A stretch of 64,000 bases of DNA from Candidatus Binatia bacterium (GTDB taxonomy: Bacteria > Desulfobacterota > Binatia > Bin18). The DNA is taken from the NCBI GenBank assembly GCA_963664395.2, contig OY761159.2, positions 4,224,001-4,288,000 on the forward strand, given 5' to 3'. Both the position numbers and the translations under genes were made by a program. This document shows positions 32,542 to 44,916 of this stretch, piece after piece; positions within the stretch are counted from its first letter, which is position 1; each line of letters starts with the position of its first letter. The notes beneath the pieces were generated by a model. The model was not told where the DNA came from. It saw only the letters and a list, made by a program, of their open reading frames with translations, and made no database searches.

Positions 32542-32744
32542 AAAAAAAAGATTTCACAGAGGATGAGTCGTCTTCTGTAGACCACTCCGACAAAGAGTTT
32601 CTCACCGGTCATACTGCTGTTTCTTGATGGCTTTTCCCCTCTACGGGTAATAAGCGTCCGAGGCGAACGAGCCTAACGCGACGATTCTTAATACCAAGGA
32701 ACGCCCCTCCAGTTTCACTGCTGTAGACAAATTGGGAGGAAGAT

Positions 32745-34073
32745 ATGGGTCGAACGACCACAAAGAGTAATGATGCAAATGGACTCCAGGATGTTCGCAT
32801 TAATGGAGTTGGCGAAGATGTCGGTCTGAACCTCAAGTCTCTGAAATCAAAGAAAATTGGAGAACTGACGGAGATCGCACGGAATTTTAATGTCGAAGGC
32901 GCATCCAGTCTCCGTAAGCAAGACTTGATCTTTTCTATTCTACAAGCCCAGGCCGAGCAGAGTGGCTTTATCTATGGAGAGGGCGTGCTGGAGATTCTCT
33001 CTGACGGTTTCGGTTTTCTGCGTTCTCCTGACTACAATTATCTGCCCGGACCGGATGACATTTATGTATCCCCGAGCCAGATTCGGCGGTTTAGTTTACG
33101 GACCGGAGACGTCGTGGCCGGGCAAATCCGTCCGCCCAAAGAAGGCGAGCGCTATTTTGCCTTGCTGAAAGTTGAAGCCACGAATTATGAGGAACCTGAA
33201 CGCGCCCGAGACAAAATCCTCTTTGACAATTTGACGCCGCTCTACCCGGAAGAACAACTCCGGCTTGAGCACAATCTTGAGGAATACACCACGCGGACCA
33301 TTGATCTGTTCACTCCCATAGGCAAGGGGCAGCGTGGTTTGATCGTTGCCGCTCCTCGCACGGGCAAGACTATGATGCTGCAAAATTTGGCGCATGGCAT
33401 TGTTCACAATCATAAAGAGGCCATTTTGATCGTCTTATTGATTGACGAGCGACCGGAGGAAGTCACCGATGTGCAGCGCTCAGTCCGTGCCGAGGTCGTG
33501 AGTTCGACGTTTGACGAACCGGCGAATCGGCACGTGCAGGTGGCGGAAATGGTCCTGGAAAAGGCAAAACGTCTGGTCGAGCACGGAAAAGACGTTGTCG
33601 TCTTACTCGACAGTATTACCCGCTTAGCGCGCGCGAATAACGCGGTAGTTCCGCCGAGTGGAAAATTGCTGTCGGGTGGTGTCGATGCCAATGCCTTACG
33701 GATGCCGAAAAAATTCTTTGGAGCGGCACGGAACATTGAAGATGGGGGAAGCTTAACCATTATCGGGACGGCCCTGGTCGATACCGGCAGTCGTATGGAT
33801 GAAGTCATCTTTGAAGAATTCAAAGGGACTGGTAATATGGAAATCCACCTGGACCGCCGCCTGATGGATAAGCGGATTTTCCCGGCCATGGATATTGGCC
33901 GCTCCGGGACACGCAAGGAAGAGATGTTGCTGACTAAGAAGACCTTGGACCGAATGCGGCTTCTCAGACAATTGTTGACCCAAATGAACGCCGTTGAAGC
34001 AATGGAATTTTTTATGGATAAAATCCAGGGGACCAAGGATAATCAAGAATTTCTTGAGTCCATGAATCAATAG
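32745..34073 (+). CDS. rho: Transcription termination factor Rho
   Basis: [60 protein letters not shown]. Confidence 0.98.
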   Translation: MGRTTTKSNDANGLQDVRINGVGEDVGLNLKSLKSKKIGELTEIARNFNVEGASSLRKQDLIFSILQAQAEQSGFIYGEGVLEILSDGFGFLRSPDYNYLPGPDDIYVSPSQIRRFSLRTGDVVAGQIRPPKEGERYFALLKVEATNYEEPERARDKILFDNLTPLYPEEQLRLEHNLEEYTTRTIDLFTPIGKGQRGLIVAAPRTGKTMMLQNLAHGIVHNHKEAILIVLLIDERPEEVTDVQRSVRAEVVSSTFDEPANRHVQVAEMVLEKAKRLVEHGKDVVVLLDSITRLARANNAVVPPSGKLLSGGVDANALRMPKKFFGAARNIEDGGSLTIIGTALVDTGSRMDEVIFEEFKGTGNMEIHLDRRLMDKRIFPAMDIGRSGTRKEEMLLTKKTLDRMRLLRQLLTQMNAVEAMEFFMDKIQGTKDNQEFLESMNQ

Positions 34074-34087
34074 CCTTCTCTGGCGCG

Positions 34088-34116
34088 TTGCAAATATTTT
34101 TCGCCTTTGATACAAG
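34088..34116 (+). promoter_or_regulatory. Putative sigma70 promoter for the rpsB operon
   Basis: TTGCAA-17 nt-TACAAG with an extended -10 TG. Confidence 0.55.
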
Positions 34117-34175
34117 ATTCCTCCCTGAGATTAAGAATATTCCACCCATAGTGAAGAAAGAAAGGTGCCCTGTAC

Positions 34176-35045
34176 ATGGCTGAAATTACGATTAAGCAAC
34201 TGCTTGAGGCCGGGGTTCACTTCGGCCACCAGACGAGTCGTTGGGACCCAAAGATGAAGCCCTATATTTTTGGTGCCCGAAACGGGATCCACATCATCGA
34301 CTTACAGCAAACCGTGGGCATGCTGCGTGATGCGTGTGGCTTCATTCGTGACCTGGTAGCAGATGGTGGTCAGATTCTCTTTGTCGGGACCAAGAAACAG
34401 GCACAGGAAGTCGTGCGCGAAACAGCCGAGCGCTGTGAGATGTTTTACGTCAATAACCGCTGGCTGGGTGGGATGTTAACGAACTTTCAAACCATCCGGA
34501 AGTCTATCGACCGACTCAAACGAGTCGAGGAGATGCTCGAAACACCTGCCATCGCTGACGCTCTGACGAAGAAAGAACTCCTGGGGATGAGCCGGGAACG
34601 CGATAAGCTGATGAGTGTGTTAGGTGGCATTAAAACTATGCGGAAGCTGCCTGATGCGATATTTGTGGTGGACACCAAGAAGGAAGAAATCGCAGTGCGG
34701 GAGGCGAATAAGCTCGGTCTGCCAGTCGTTGCTGCCATTGATTCAAACTGTGACCCGGATCTTATAGCGCATAAAATTCCAGGCAATGACGATGCCATTC
34801 GCGCCATTCGTCTTTTCGCGAGTGCCATAGCCGATGCCTCCATAGAAGGACGGGCGCTGTATCAAGAGCAGCAACAAGGAGAGGGCGAGGCACTCAATCA
34901 GGCAGAGCTCGAAGGGGCAGAGGCGCAAGCTGGACCGGATATGGCAGAAACTCCTACGCCATCCCCTGCGGCGCAAGCCGAAGACACTCCGACGGAGGCG
35001 ACGCCTGTTGCGGCGACGCCTGTTGCGGAAGGGAGTGATGCGTGA
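34176..35045 (+). CDS. rpsB: 30S ribosomal protein S2
   Basis: [33 protein letters not shown]; low-complexity tail with a 15-bp duplication. Confidence 0.98.
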   Translation: MAEITIKQLLEAGVHFGHQTSRWDPKMKPYIFGARNGIHIIDLQQTVGMLRDACGFIRDLVADGGQILFVGTKKQAQEVVRETAERCEMFYVNNRWLGGMLTNFQTIRKSIDRLKRVEEMLETPAIADALTKKELLGMSRERDKLMSVLGGIKTMRKLPDAIFVVDTKKEEIAVREANKLGLPVVAAIDSNCDPDLIAHKIPGNDDAIRAIRLFASAIADASIEGRALYQEQQQGEGEALNQAELEGAEAQAGPDMAETPTPSPAAQAEDTPTEATPVAATPVAEGSDA

Positions 35046-35665
35046 GCGATATTTCGATGGCCCAGGTAAAAGAACTCCGCGAGCGTACAGGAGCGGGCAT
35101 TGTCAACTGTAAAAAAGCGCTCGCCGAAAATAATGGTGATATTGAAAAAGCCATTGACTTTCTTCGTGAGAAAGGATTCGCCGCCGCCGCGAAGAGGGCT
35201 GGACGCGCGGCAGAGCAGGGAGTGGTCGGCTCCTATATTCACGGCGGTGGCAAGATCGGCGTCTTGGTTGAAGTGAATTGTGAAACTGACTTTGTGGCCC
35301 GGACTGAGGAATTCCAACAGCTTGTCAAAGATATTGCCATGCAAGTGGCCGCCGCAAGTCCACGTTGCGTGCGTCGAGAAGAGATCGCTGCGGCGGAACT
35401 CGAACGGGAGCGGGCGGTCTACCAGACGCAGGCCGAAGCGTCTGGAAAGCCGGCTCAGGTTATTGAGAAGATGATTTCTGGGAAAGTTGAGAAATTTTAC
35501 CGCGAAGTGTGCTTGCTCGAACAGGCATATATTCGGGAGCCGAGCAAAACGGTACAAGAAATTGTCAATGATACCGTGAGTAAGACGGGCGAAAACATTG
35601 TGGTCCACCGGTTTGCGCGTTTTCAAATTGGAGAAGCAGGAGTTGCTGACAGGGGGGCCGAGTAG
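35042..35665 (+). CDS. tsf: Elongation factor Ts (short form)
   Basis: [26 protein letters not shown]. Confidence 0.97.
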   Translation: MSDISMAQVKELRERTGAGIVNCKKALAENNGDIEKAIDFLREKGFAAAAKRAGRAAEQGVVGSYIHGGGKIGVLVEVNCETDFVARTEEFQQLVKDIAMQVAAASPRCVRREEIAAAELERERAVYQTQAEASGKPAQVIEKMISGKVEKFYREVCLLEQAYIREPSKTVQEIVNDTVSKTGENIVVHRFARFQIGEAGVADRGAE

Positions 35666-35670
35666 GTCGC

Positions 35671-36402
35671 ATGGCGACGAAGTCTGCACCATACCAGCGC
35701 GTACTGCTCAAGCTGGGGGGAGAAGCGCTCGCTGGTGAACGAGGCTATGGGATTGACGATGCTGTCTTATCTCGCATAGCCGGAGAGATTCAGGAAATCC
35801 ATGCGCTGGGGTGTGAGACCGCTTTGGTCTTAGGTGGAGGTAACATCCTGCGCGGAGTAGAAGCAAGCTCAAGGGGGATTGCGCGGGCGACCGGCGATTA
35901 TATGGGGATGCTGGCAACGGTGATCAACAGCTTGGCCATGCAAGAGGCTTTGGAAAAGTTGGAGATTCCCACGCGCGTGATGTCAGCCCTGGCAGTAGCG
36001 CAGGTGGCAGAACCGTATATTAGACGGCGCGCAACGCGCCATCTTGAGAAAGGCCGCGTCGTTATTTTTGCTTCCGGTACCGGCAATCCGTATTTCACCA
36101 CGGACACTGCAGCCAGCTTGCGGGCTATGGAAATTGGAGCGCAAGCGATTTTCAAAGCAACCAAAGTTGACGGGATCTATAGTGCTGACCCGATGAAAGA
36201 TTCGGGGGCCGAGCGGTATCAAAAATTGACATATATTGAAGTCCTCCAGCAGAATCTCAAGATAATGGACTCCACTGCCATCTCATTGTGTATGGATAAT
36301 AATCTCCCAATCATTGTGTTCAGTATGCTCGAGCCAGGCAATATCCAGCGAGTGGTACGTGGAGAGCCTATCGGAACGGTGGTCAATGGGGGGGAGCTAT
36401 GA
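35671..36402 (+). CDS. pyrH: UMP kinase
   Basis: [38 protein letters not shown]. Confidence 0.97.
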   Translation: MATKSAPYQRVLLKLGGEALAGERGYGIDDAVLSRIAGEIQEIHALGCETALVLGGGNILRGVEASSRGIARATGDYMGMLATVINSLAMQEALEKLEIPTRVMSALAVAQVAEPYIRRRATRHLEKGRVVIFASGTGNPYFTTDTAASLRAMEIGAQAIFKATKVDGIYSADPMKDSGAERYQKLTYIEVLQQNLKIMDSTAISLCMDNNLPIIVFSMLEPGNIQRVVRGEPIGTVVNGGEL

Positions 36403-36956
36403 GCGCCGAAGTTTTGGAACAAATGAAGCAAGAAATGGAGCAAACGCTTGGGTCGCTCCGGGCCGATTTTTCGAAAGTCCGCACCGGTCGTGCATCTACG
36501 TCGTTAATCGAAGGTGTGATGGTGGAATATTATGGGTCCCCAACCCCGCTGAATCAACTCGCCTCCTTGTCCGTACCAGAAGCACGCCTCCTTGTTGTCC
36601 AACCATACGAAAAAAACATCGTCGGTGCTGTGGAAAAGGCGATTTATCGGGCAGACTTGGGTCTTACTCCAATAAATGATGGCAAAGTCATTCGAGTCCC
36701 CATACCCGAACTAACCGAAGAACGGCGGAGGGACTTTGTCCGAAAAATTCGCAAAAGTGCAGAGGACTACCGAGTTTCCATGCGGAACCATAGACGCGAC
36801 GCCAACGACTATCTCAAGGAAATGCAGAAAGATAAAGAGATTACAGAAGATGAATTGCATGCTACACAGGACCGTGTGCAAAAGGTGACGAATGAGTATA
36901 TCGAAAAACTTGACCATATCCTCAAGCTCAAAGAGGAAGAGTTGATGGTGGTATAA
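36399..36956 (+). CDS. frr: Ribosome recycling factor
   Basis: [27 protein letters not shown]. Confidence 0.97.
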   Translation: MSAEVLEQMKQEMEQTLGSLRADFSKVRTGRASTSLIEGVMVEYYGSPTPLNQLASLSVPEARLLVVQPYEKNIVGAVEKAIYRADLGLTPINDGKVIRVPIPELTEERRRDFVRKIRKSAEDYRVSMRNHRRDANDYLKEMQKDKEITEDELHATQDRVQKVTNEYIEKLDHILKLKEEELMVV

Positions 36957-37018
36957 GTGATGATGTTCTCCTGCGATTGTCCAAGTGAGCAATCTATTCT
37001 AACCCGCTCTTTACACGC

Positions 37019-37780
37019 GTGAGTGCTATTATCGAGAAAGATCAATTGCCCCGTCATGTTGCCATCATTATGGATGGCAACGGTCGTTGGGCACAGCGAC
37101 GTGGATTAAGCCGCATTGAAGGCCACAAGCGCGGGAAAGAAGCCGTTCGCAATATTGTTGAGACCAGTCGAAGCATAGGTCTCTCGTATCTCACCCTATA
37201 CGCGTTTTCTTCGGAGAACTGGCAGCGCCCGCCCCGCGAAGTCCGTGCGCTCATGGGACTACTCAATCGCTACCTCCGGACGGAATTACGCCGCATGATG
37301 CAGTATAATATTCGCCTCCGAGCTATCGGCGATTTGGGCCGCCTTCCGGCGAATGTTCGCAAGTCTCTCCTCGATGTTATTGCTGCAACACAAGACAACA
37401 CCGGCCTGACTGTTGTCTTAGCCGTGAGCTATGGTGCGCGGGAAGAAATCGTTGCCGCGGTACAGGCTCTGGCTACGGCGGTGCAGGCCGGGCAACTGCG
37501 GCCCTTCGAGATTGACCAGCAGACTATCGAACAATCGTTGTGGACGGCAGACATTCCCGCCCCGGACCTCCTTATCCGGACCAGTGGAGAGTTCCGTATC
37601 AGTAACTTTATGCTGTGGCAGCTGGCGTACACGGAACTCTATGTGACAGATACCCTGTGGCCAGATTTCGACCGCGCAGCATTTTTACAAGCCTTGGCTG
37701 ATTATCAACAGCGCAATCGGCGTTTTGGTCGGACGGCCGAGCAACTGGTTGAGACTGAGCTCAAACGTGCTGCGCACTAG
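37019..37780 (+). CDS. uppS: Undecaprenyl/isoprenyl diphosphate synthase
   Basis: HVAIIMDGNGRWA, YAFSSENW, DLLIRTSGE.RISNF, RRFG. Confidence 0.97.
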   Translation: MSAIIEKDQLPRHVAIIMDGNGRWAQRRGLSRIEGHKRGKEAVRNIVETSRSIGLSYLTLYAFSSENWQRPPREVRALMGLLNRYLRTELRRMMQYNIRLRAIGDLGRLPANVRKSLLDVIAATQDNTGLTVVLAVSYGAREEIVAAVQALATAVQAGQLRPFEIDQQTIEQSLWTADIPAPDLLIRTSGEFRISNFMLWQLAYTELYVTDTLWPDFDRAAFLQALADYQQRNRRFGRTAEQLVETELKRAAH

Positions 37781-38576
37781 GCTCCTGACCGCGGCGGGCG
37801 TGCTCCCCCTTCTTATCTTCCTGATAGGCTATGCTCCGGAGTGGGGCTTTTCGAGTGCCATTCTTGTTCTCACCGGTGTCGGTTTATTTGAATACTTCTC
37901 ACTCACGCGGGACCAATATACCCTCTCTCCGGTCATTGGCGAACTGTGGGGTATGCTTGTCGCACTCAGCATGTTATCGAGCGATGCGCGGCTCGTCGGA
38001 GCTACGCTGACCCTCGGCTTTATACTGATTTTTACCCTGAGTCTTCGAGACCGTCATCCCGCGCGAGGAATCCGGACGACCAGCCTCTTCGTGCTTGGCG
38101 TTGTGTATATCGGGTTTCTTTTTCCGCATTTTCTGTGGATCCACCGAGGTCCGGAGGGTGCGGCCTGGGTTTTTTTTATATTACTTGTGGCTATGCTTGG
38201 AGACACCGGAGGGTATGCCATCGGACGGATATGGGGAAAACGGAAACTGCTGCCGCATGTCAGCCCCGCTAAAACAATAGAGGGCAGTATCGGAGCGACC
38301 TGCGGGAACTGCGTGGCTGCTCTCATCGCCGGACAGTATCTACTGCCCGGTCGATCAGCGTTCGAATTAGTGACGCTTGCCCTGATTGTCGGACTATTCG
38401 CCCAGGTGGGTGACTTATGTGAGTCTGCCTTGAAGCGGGCCTGTAGCGCAAAGGACTCGGGCCATTTCTTTCCCGGCCATGGCGGAGTGCTTGATCGTAT
38501 CGATAGTTTGCTTTTCCCGGTTGCCTTTATCTATTACTATACTACTCTGTGGAGTTCAGTCTGGCCCGGAAACTGA
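37767..38576 (+). CDS. cdsA: Phosphatidate cytidylyltransferase
   Basis: DTGGYAIG, VSPAKTIEG, GDLCES.LKR...KDSG..FPGHGGVLDRIDS. Confidence 0.95.
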   Translation: MLRTRLLTAAGVLPLLIFLIGYAPEWGFSSAILVLTGVGLFEYFSLTRDQYTLSPVIGELWGMLVALSMLSSDARLVGATLTLGFILIFTLSLRDRHPARGIRTTSLFVLGVVYIGFLFPHFLWIHRGPEGAAWVFFILLVAMLGDTGGYAIGRIWGKRKLLPHVSPAKTIEGSIGATCGNCVAALIAGQYLLPGRSAFELVTLALIVGLFAQVGDLCESALKRACSAKDSGHFFPGHGGVLDRIDSLLFPVAFIYYYTTLWSSVWPGN

Positions 38577-38589
38577 GGAGCATGTAGGC

Positions 38590-39660
38590 ATGGATCTTTC
38601 GACTTTTGATGTTGCGCTACGAGTGATTATTGTCTTTGGGTTGATTATTTTTGTGCACGAGCTGGGGCACTTCCTGGCCGCCAAATGGGTCGGTGTTGGG
38701 GTCGAGCGGTTCTCGCTCGGATTTGGTCCGAAACTCATTGGCCGCCAGGTCGGCGAAACTGAGTATTTACTCAGCGCAATTCCTCTGGGTGGCTATGTGA
38801 AGATGGTTGGAGAGGAAGTCGGCGAGGAGGTGAATGAGGCTGATCTGTCTCGCTCCTTCACCCATAAATCGTTGCCGAAACGCTTTCTGATTGTCTTTGC
38901 CGGTCCATTTGCCAACTTTCTGATGGCTTTTGTTGTCTTTAGTCTGGCCTTTGCCCAATTTGGCATCAATGTTCCGATTGACCAGCCCAGAGTTGGTGGC
39001 GTAGTGGCGAACATGCCGGCGGAAGCGGCAGGTTTGGAGCGGGAGGACGAGATCCTCAAAGTCGATGGGACTGAAGTCCACACCTGGGAAGAACTGGCTG
39101 AGCAGATCCAGCACAGCAATGGGAATGAAATTCAATTGGTCATTAAAAAGACGAACGGCGGCCAGGTTCTTGCAACAACGGTAACCCCCCAACTGCGTGA
39201 CAACCCCGTCAGCGGACAAGTCTACGTGATTGGTATTGAGCGGGCCTTTACGACCGAGCCTGTTGCGGTGGGGCGGGCGATGGCACTCGGCGCTGAGCAA
39301 ACCTGGTTGTGGACACAACTCATTTTAGACAGCGTGGTAAAGCTTGTGAGTGGAGAGGTTTCAACCAAAGAACTGGGCGGTCCCATTCTCATTGCGCAGG
39401 TGGCTGGCCAGCAGGCGCGTTTGGGACTGGATTATTTACTGCGCTTCACGGCCATCATTAACGTCAACTTGGCAGTCTTTAATCTTCTGCCTATTCCGGT
39501 CCTCGACGGTGGCCATCTGTTGCTTATGTTCATTGAACTCCTCATTGGTCGCCCGTTGAGTAATCGTTCCAAAGAAATGGCGCTGCGCGTAGGCTTTCTG
39601 GTCATCGTCTCGCTCATCGTCTTGGTCTTCTACAACGATATTTCGCGACTTGTCAGCTGA
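38590..39660 (+). CDS. rseP: RIP metalloprotease RseP
   Basis: HELGH, GFGP, IPLGGYVKM, PDZ domain, NLLPIPVLDGGH. Confidence 0.96.
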   Translation: MDLSTFDVALRVIIVFGLIIFVHELGHFLAAKWVGVGVERFSLGFGPKLIGRQVGETEYLLSAIPLGGYVKMVGEEVGEEVNEADLSRSFTHKSLPKRFLIVFAGPFANFLMAFVVFSLAFAQFGINVPIDQPRVGGVVANMPAEAAGLEREDEILKVDGTEVHTWEELAEQIQHSNGNEIQLVIKKTNGGQVLATTVTPQLRDNPVSGQVYVIGIERAFTTEPVAVGRAMALGAEQTWLWTQLILDSVVKLVSGEVSTKELGGPILIAQVAGQQARLGLDYLLRFTAIINVNLAVFNLLPIPVLDGGHLLLMFIELLIGRPLSNRSKEMALRVGFLVIVSLIVLVFYNDISRLVS

Positions 39661-39668
39661 TATCCGCC

Positions 39669-40379
39669 ATGCTCGTTCTCGGCATTGACACTGCTACTCC
39701 GATTGCGAGTGTCGGCCTGATACATGACGGCAGTGTGCTGGCAGAACAATCACGCGCCGCTGCCACGAGTCATGCGGAAAATCTGTTGCCGTTGATTCAG
39801 CACGTTCTCGACCAGTCACAGGTCAGCTTGCCTGAGATCGACGGTATGGGGGTTACGATAGGCCCTGGAGCCTTCTCTGGTCTGCGCATCGCACTCGGCA
39901 CGATAAAAGGCTTTGCCTATGCCCTCTCTCAACGGGTTGCCGGAGTCTCGACGCTCCTGACGCTTGCCCATGCAGTGACAGAGTGGACAGGCAGATTGTG
40001 TGTTGTGCTGGATGCTCGCAAGCGTGCAGTGTATGCCGCTTTCTTTGCGCGTGACGCAGGAGGGCAAATTACCCGCCTGACTGAAGATATGGTCCTCTCT
40101 CCCGAAGAGTTGGTCACCCAAGTCTTTGCTCCATTAGAAACTATTGGCCTCTTCGTTGGGGATGGCGTTGAGCGCTACGGTGCAATAATCCGAGAAAACT
40201 GCAGGCCGAATACAGAGTTTATTCCGCTCACTGCTGTCCCGCCCCGCGGCAGCATTGTCGCCCGCTTAGCTTGGGTGCGGTTCAAGCAGGGAGACCACGA
40301 CGACATATCGCAACTCGTTCCGCATTATATCCGCCGCTCCGATGCGGAGCGCAACCGGCTGAAACAGCGTTCAGAATAG
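39669..40379 (+). CDS. tsaB: tRNA t6A37 synthesis protein TsaB
   Basis: LGIDTAT, HAENLLP, GPGAFSGLRI, DARK. Confidence 0.93.
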   Translation: MLVLGIDTATPIASVGLIHDGSVLAEQSRAAATSHAENLLPLIQHVLDQSQVSLPEIDGMGVTIGPGAFSGLRIALGTIKGFAYALSQRVAGVSTLLTLAHAVTEWTGRLCVVLDARKRAVYAAFFARDAGGQITRLTEDMVLSPEELVTQVFAPLETIGLFVGDGVERYGAIIRENCRPNTEFIPLTAVPPRGSIVARLAWVRFKQGDHDDISQLVPHYIRRSDAERNRLKQRSE

Positions 40380-40520
40380 TCGGGCCTACGAAAAAGAACT
40401 ATACTGCTAGGTCAACAAAAGCGAGTCTTTCAGCGATCTTATGGCCTAGACAGGTTGTGTGAATTTTGGCATCCTGCCCCAGAATCTTGCTGAACAAGCA
40501 ATATCTCAGCGGATTGAGAT

Positions 40521-40550
40521 GAGGACAGACGGACGGACTGTCCTCTTTTT
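40521..40550 (+). terminator. Intrinsic terminator-like hairpin shortly upstream of mdh
   Basis: GAGGACAG-acggacgga-CTGTCCTC-TTTTT. Confidence 0.7.
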
Positions 40551-40567
40551 CTATTCACGGATGCTAG

Positions 40568-41533
<966 letters not shown>

Positions 41534-41567
41534 TCACACCAACGGGCAAAAGTAGGGTAAGGGTGTT

Positions 41568-42731
41568 ATGAACATTCACGAATACCAAGCAAAAGAGATA
41601 CTGCGGAAAAATGGGGTGGCCGTGTTGGACGGCAAGGTTGCCACAACCCCGGACGAGGCCGAAGCCGCTGCCAAGGAACTGGGCGGTGGGGTCTGTGTCG
41701 TCAAAGCCCAGATTCACGCCGGTGGGCGTGGCAAAGCCGGTGGCGTTAGGCTGGCCAAGACGCCGCAGGAAGCACGCGAACACGCCGCGGCTCTGCTTGG
41801 CACAACCCTGGTGACACACCAAACTGGGCCCGAGGGCAAGGAAGTCCAAAAGGTCTTTGTTGAGCAGGGCTGTGATATTGATAAAGAGTTCTATCTGGGC
41901 ATGGTCATTGACCGTACGACCTCGCGGATTACGGTTATGGCCAGTTCCGAGGGGGGCGTGGAGATCGAGGAAGTGGCCGAGCGCTCGCCCGAGAAGATTC
42001 TCCGCGCCACAATTGATCCCGCGATTGGCTTCGGGGATTTCCAAGGCCGCCAGCTTGCCTACGGCCTGGGTCTGCCCAAAGACTCGGTCAACAAAGCCGT
42101 GGCGTTTATGCGCGGTTTATACAAGACATTTTCCGAGAGTGATGCCTCCATGGCTGAGATTAATCCGCTGGTGCTCACGAAATCCGGCGATCTTGTCGCC
42201 TTGGATGCCAAGATGGGTTTTGATGACAACGCGCTGTTCCGTCAGGCCGATATTCGCGAGATGCGGGATGTGGCTGAGGAAAACGAGAAAGAAGTCGCTG
42301 CCTCCAAGTTTGACCTCAATTATATTGCCCTGGATGGCAATATTGGCTGCATGGTCAATGGGGCTGGGCTGGCGATGGCGACCATGGACATCATTAAACA
42401 CTACGGGGCTGCGCCCGCGAACTTTCTGGATGTGGGTGGCGGTGCGACCACTGAGAAGGTGACTGAGGCGTTTAAAATTATTCTGTCAGACGAGAATGTC
42501 AAAGGTGTCCTGGTCAATATTTTTGGCGGTATTATGCGTTGCGATGTGGTGGCCAATGGTGTGGTTGAAGCCGCCCGGCAAGTGAATCTGTCGGTCCCGT
42601 TGGTCGTTCGCCTGGAGGGCACGAATGTTGAACTGGGGAAAACGATTCTGGCTGAGTCCGGGCTTGATATTATTTCTGCCGACGATTTAGCCGACGGCGC
42701 GAAGAAGATCGTCGAGGCGATTCGTGCGTAG
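41568..42731 (+). CDS. sucC: Succinyl-CoA synthetase beta subunit
   Basis: [44 protein letters not shown]. Confidence 0.98.
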   Translation: MNIHEYQAKEILRKNGVAVLDGKVATTPDEAEAAAKELGGGVCVVKAQIHAGGRGKAGGVRLAKTPQEAREHAAALLGTTLVTHQTGPEGKEVQKVFVEQGCDIDKEFYLGMVIDRTTSRITVMASSEGGVEIEEVAERSPEKILRATIDPAIGFGDFQGRQLAYGLGLPKDSVNKAVAFMRGLYKTFSESDASMAEINPLVLTKSGDLVALDAKMGFDDNALFRQADIREMRDVAEENEKEVAASKFDLNYIALDGNIGCMVNGAGLAMATMDIIKHYGAAPANFLDVGGGATTEKVTEAFKIILSDENVKGVLVNIFGGIMRCDVVANGVVEAARQVNLSVPLVVRLEGTNVELGKTILAESGLDIISADDLADGAKKIVEAIRA

Positions 42732-42792
42732 TCGGGCGCATGGGCTAACCCGTTCTTAAAATTCGTCGTGTGAGAAATCGAGGAGCACGCTC

Positions 42793-43662
42793 GTGAGCAT
42801 TCTTGTTGGTAAAGACACCAAGGTCCTGACGCAGGGAATTACCGGCTCAACCGGCCAACTGCATACCCGAGGCTGTAGAGACTACGGCAGCCGGATGGTG
42901 GCCGGGGTCACGCCCGGTCGGGGTGGGACGGATTTCGAGGGCATTCCTATCTTCAATACGGTTGTGGAGGCGGTTGCGGAAACGGGCGCAAACGCCTCCG
43001 TTATCTATGTGCCGCCGCCGTTTGCCGCCGACGCCATCATGGAAGCGGTCGATGCCGAAGTGGAGTTGGTGATTTGCATTACCGAGGGGATTCCGGTGCT
43101 CGATATGGTCCGGGTCAAGCGCTATTTGGCCGGCAAAAAATCTCGCCTTATCGGTCCCAACTGCCCGGGCGTGATTACCCCGGGGGAATGCAAGATTGGG
43201 ATTATGCCGGGCTATATCCACACCCCCGGACCAATCGGCGTTGTGTCGCGAAGTGGGACGTTAACGTATGAAGCCGTGCATCAACTCACCCAGTTGGGTA
43301 TTGGCCAGTCGTCGTGCGTCGGGATAGGCGGCGACCCTGTGAACGGAACCGGCTTTATCGATGTCTTACAGCTCTTCCAGGATGATCCCCAGACCGAAGG
43401 CGTGGTGCTGATTGGTGAAATAGGTGGTTCGGCAGAAGAAGAAGCCGCCGCGTTTATCAGAGAACATATGACCAAGCCGGTGGCTGCGTTTATTGCTGGC
43501 CAAACGGCGCCGAAAGGCAAACGTATGGGACACGCTGGGGCTATTATTGCCGGTGGTAAAGGAACCGTGGCTGAGAAGGTCCAAGCCTTCAAGGATGCGG
43601 GTGTTGCTATTATTTCAAGTCCGGCTGAGATGGGTAAAACCATGGCTGCCGCTATGGGTTAA
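42793..43662 (+). CDS. sucD: Succinyl-CoA synthetase alpha subunit
   Basis: [29 protein letters not shown]. Confidence 0.98.
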   Translation: MSILVGKDTKVLTQGITGSTGQLHTRGCRDYGSRMVAGVTPGRGGTDFEGIPIFNTVVEAVAETGANASVIYVPPPFAADAIMEAVDAEVELVICITEGIPVLDMVRVKRYLAGKKSRLIGPNCPGVITPGECKIGIMPGYIHTPGPIGVVSRSGTLTYEAVHQLTQLGIGQSSCVGIGGDPVNGTGFIDVLQLFQDDPQTEGVVLIGEIGGSAEEEAAAFIREHMTKPVAAFIAGQTAPKGKRMGHAGAIIAGGKGTVAEKVQAFKDAGVAIISSPAEMGKTMAAAMG

Positions 43663-43704
43663 GGGATTCGGATAGGTCCTCCCACCAAATTTTGTAAAGT
43701 AGGC

Positions 43705-43731
43705 TAGGGGCGGTTCATGAACCGCCCCTAC
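43705..43731. repeat. Perfect 26-bp palindrome, REP-like (GTAG family)
   Basis: taggggcggttca|tgaaccgccccta followed by c (CTAC end). Confidence 0.6.
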
Positions 43732-43738
43732 AAGTTCC

Positions 43739-44839
43739 ATGGCAACACCAGCGACACCACAAGCCCTGTTTCAGCAAGGCGAGCGCGCCCGCCAGAAAAG
43801 CCGCTTTGCCGAAGCGCTCGCGCTCTACCGTCAGGCGTGTCAGGCCGCGAAAGCCGCATCCGTCAGAGAATGTGAACTTGATGCTCACATCGGTATTGGC
43901 GATTGTTTACGCATGCAAGGACAATTTGGGCTGGCCAAACGCGCCTATGAGCGGGCCGGCCGTCTGGCTGGCCGCCTGGCTGATGTGGAAGGGGGGGCGG
44001 AGAGTCTGGCTGGCATTGGCCTCAGCGTCCGCGCTCAGGGGAATCCTCAGCGTGCACTGCCATATCTGGCCGAGGCGCGGGCACTCTATCGTCAGGCTAC
44101 AGTGTACGACCGGGAGAGCTTTATTGTCTGGGCTATGGGTGGGACGTACCGCTTCTGCGGCGACCTCAAAAAAGCGCTGCGCCATTTCAAACAGGCCCTC
44201 AGACTCGCCGAACGTGAGGGGGACACGATTGGAGCCGGATATGCGCTGTGTGGTCTGGGGGGAGCAGCGCGTTTGATGGGCCGGTTTGCGGATACGCAAA
44301 ACTATTACGCTGAAGCAAACGAGGTATTTGAGGTTGAAGACGATGTGTATGGCCGGGCCTATTCATACTGTGGCCTTGGCAATGCGGCCCGTATGCGTCA
44401 AGAGTTTACACCCGCTCTGCGGCTCTTTGCCAAAGCCGAACGGTTGTACATGCGGATTGGTGATAAGGCGAGCTTTGCTTATACAGTCTGGGCGATGGGC
44501 ACGGTCTTCAAAATGCAGGGCGACTTTGAGCGCAGCGTAGCGGCATTCGGACGGGCGCAACAGTTCTTCCGCGAAACACGCGACATCCGCGGCACGGTCT
44601 ACTGTCGTCTGGGAACCGGGGAAGTAGCGTTTTTACAAGGAAAGCAAAAACAAGCCCGGACAGCATTTGCTCGCTGCCACGACTTAGCCCATCGCTTTGG
44701 CTACCAGGCGGAAGCCTGCCACGCGCTTGCTGGCCTTGCCCTGGTAGCTGAGAACCCTGACTGGCGGGCTGTGAAACAAGCCTACCGAAGCTGCGGATTG
44801 TATTTTACCCCTCTCCCGCCACCGCTGAATTTGCCCTGA
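43739..44839 (+). CDS. Tetratricopeptide-repeat protein (approx. 40-aa repeats)
   Basis: Repeated A...LG......G....A...Y..A..L pattern; no catalytic domain seen. Confidence 0.85.
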   Translation: MATPATPQALFQQGERARQKSRFAEALALYRQACQAAKAASVRECELDAHIGIGDCLRMQGQFGLAKRAYERAGRLAGRLADVEGGAESLAGIGLSVRAQGNPQRALPYLAEARALYRQATVYDRESFIVWAMGGTYRFCGDLKKALRHFKQALRLAEREGDTIGAGYALCGLGGAARLMGRFADTQNYYAEANEVFEVEDDVYGRAYSYCGLGNAARMRQEFTPALRLFAKAERLYMRIGDKASFAYTVWAMGTVFKMQGDFERSVAAFGRAQQFFRETRDIRGTVYCRLGTGEVAFLQGKQKQARTAFARCHDLAHRFGYQAEACHALAGLALVAENPDWRAVKQAYRSCGLYFTPLPPPLNLP

Positions 44840-44860
44840 GGGCAGACCGCGGAACGAACA

Positions 44861-44889
44861 TTGACCCCTGTAGAGAGCGTGGATAGACT
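44861..44889 (+). promoter_or_regulatory. sigma70 promoter for ndk
   Basis: TTGACC-17 nt-TAGACT. Confidence 0.7.
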
Positions 44890-44916
44890 CTCTTGCAGCA
44901 CGAGATAAGGACGCGT

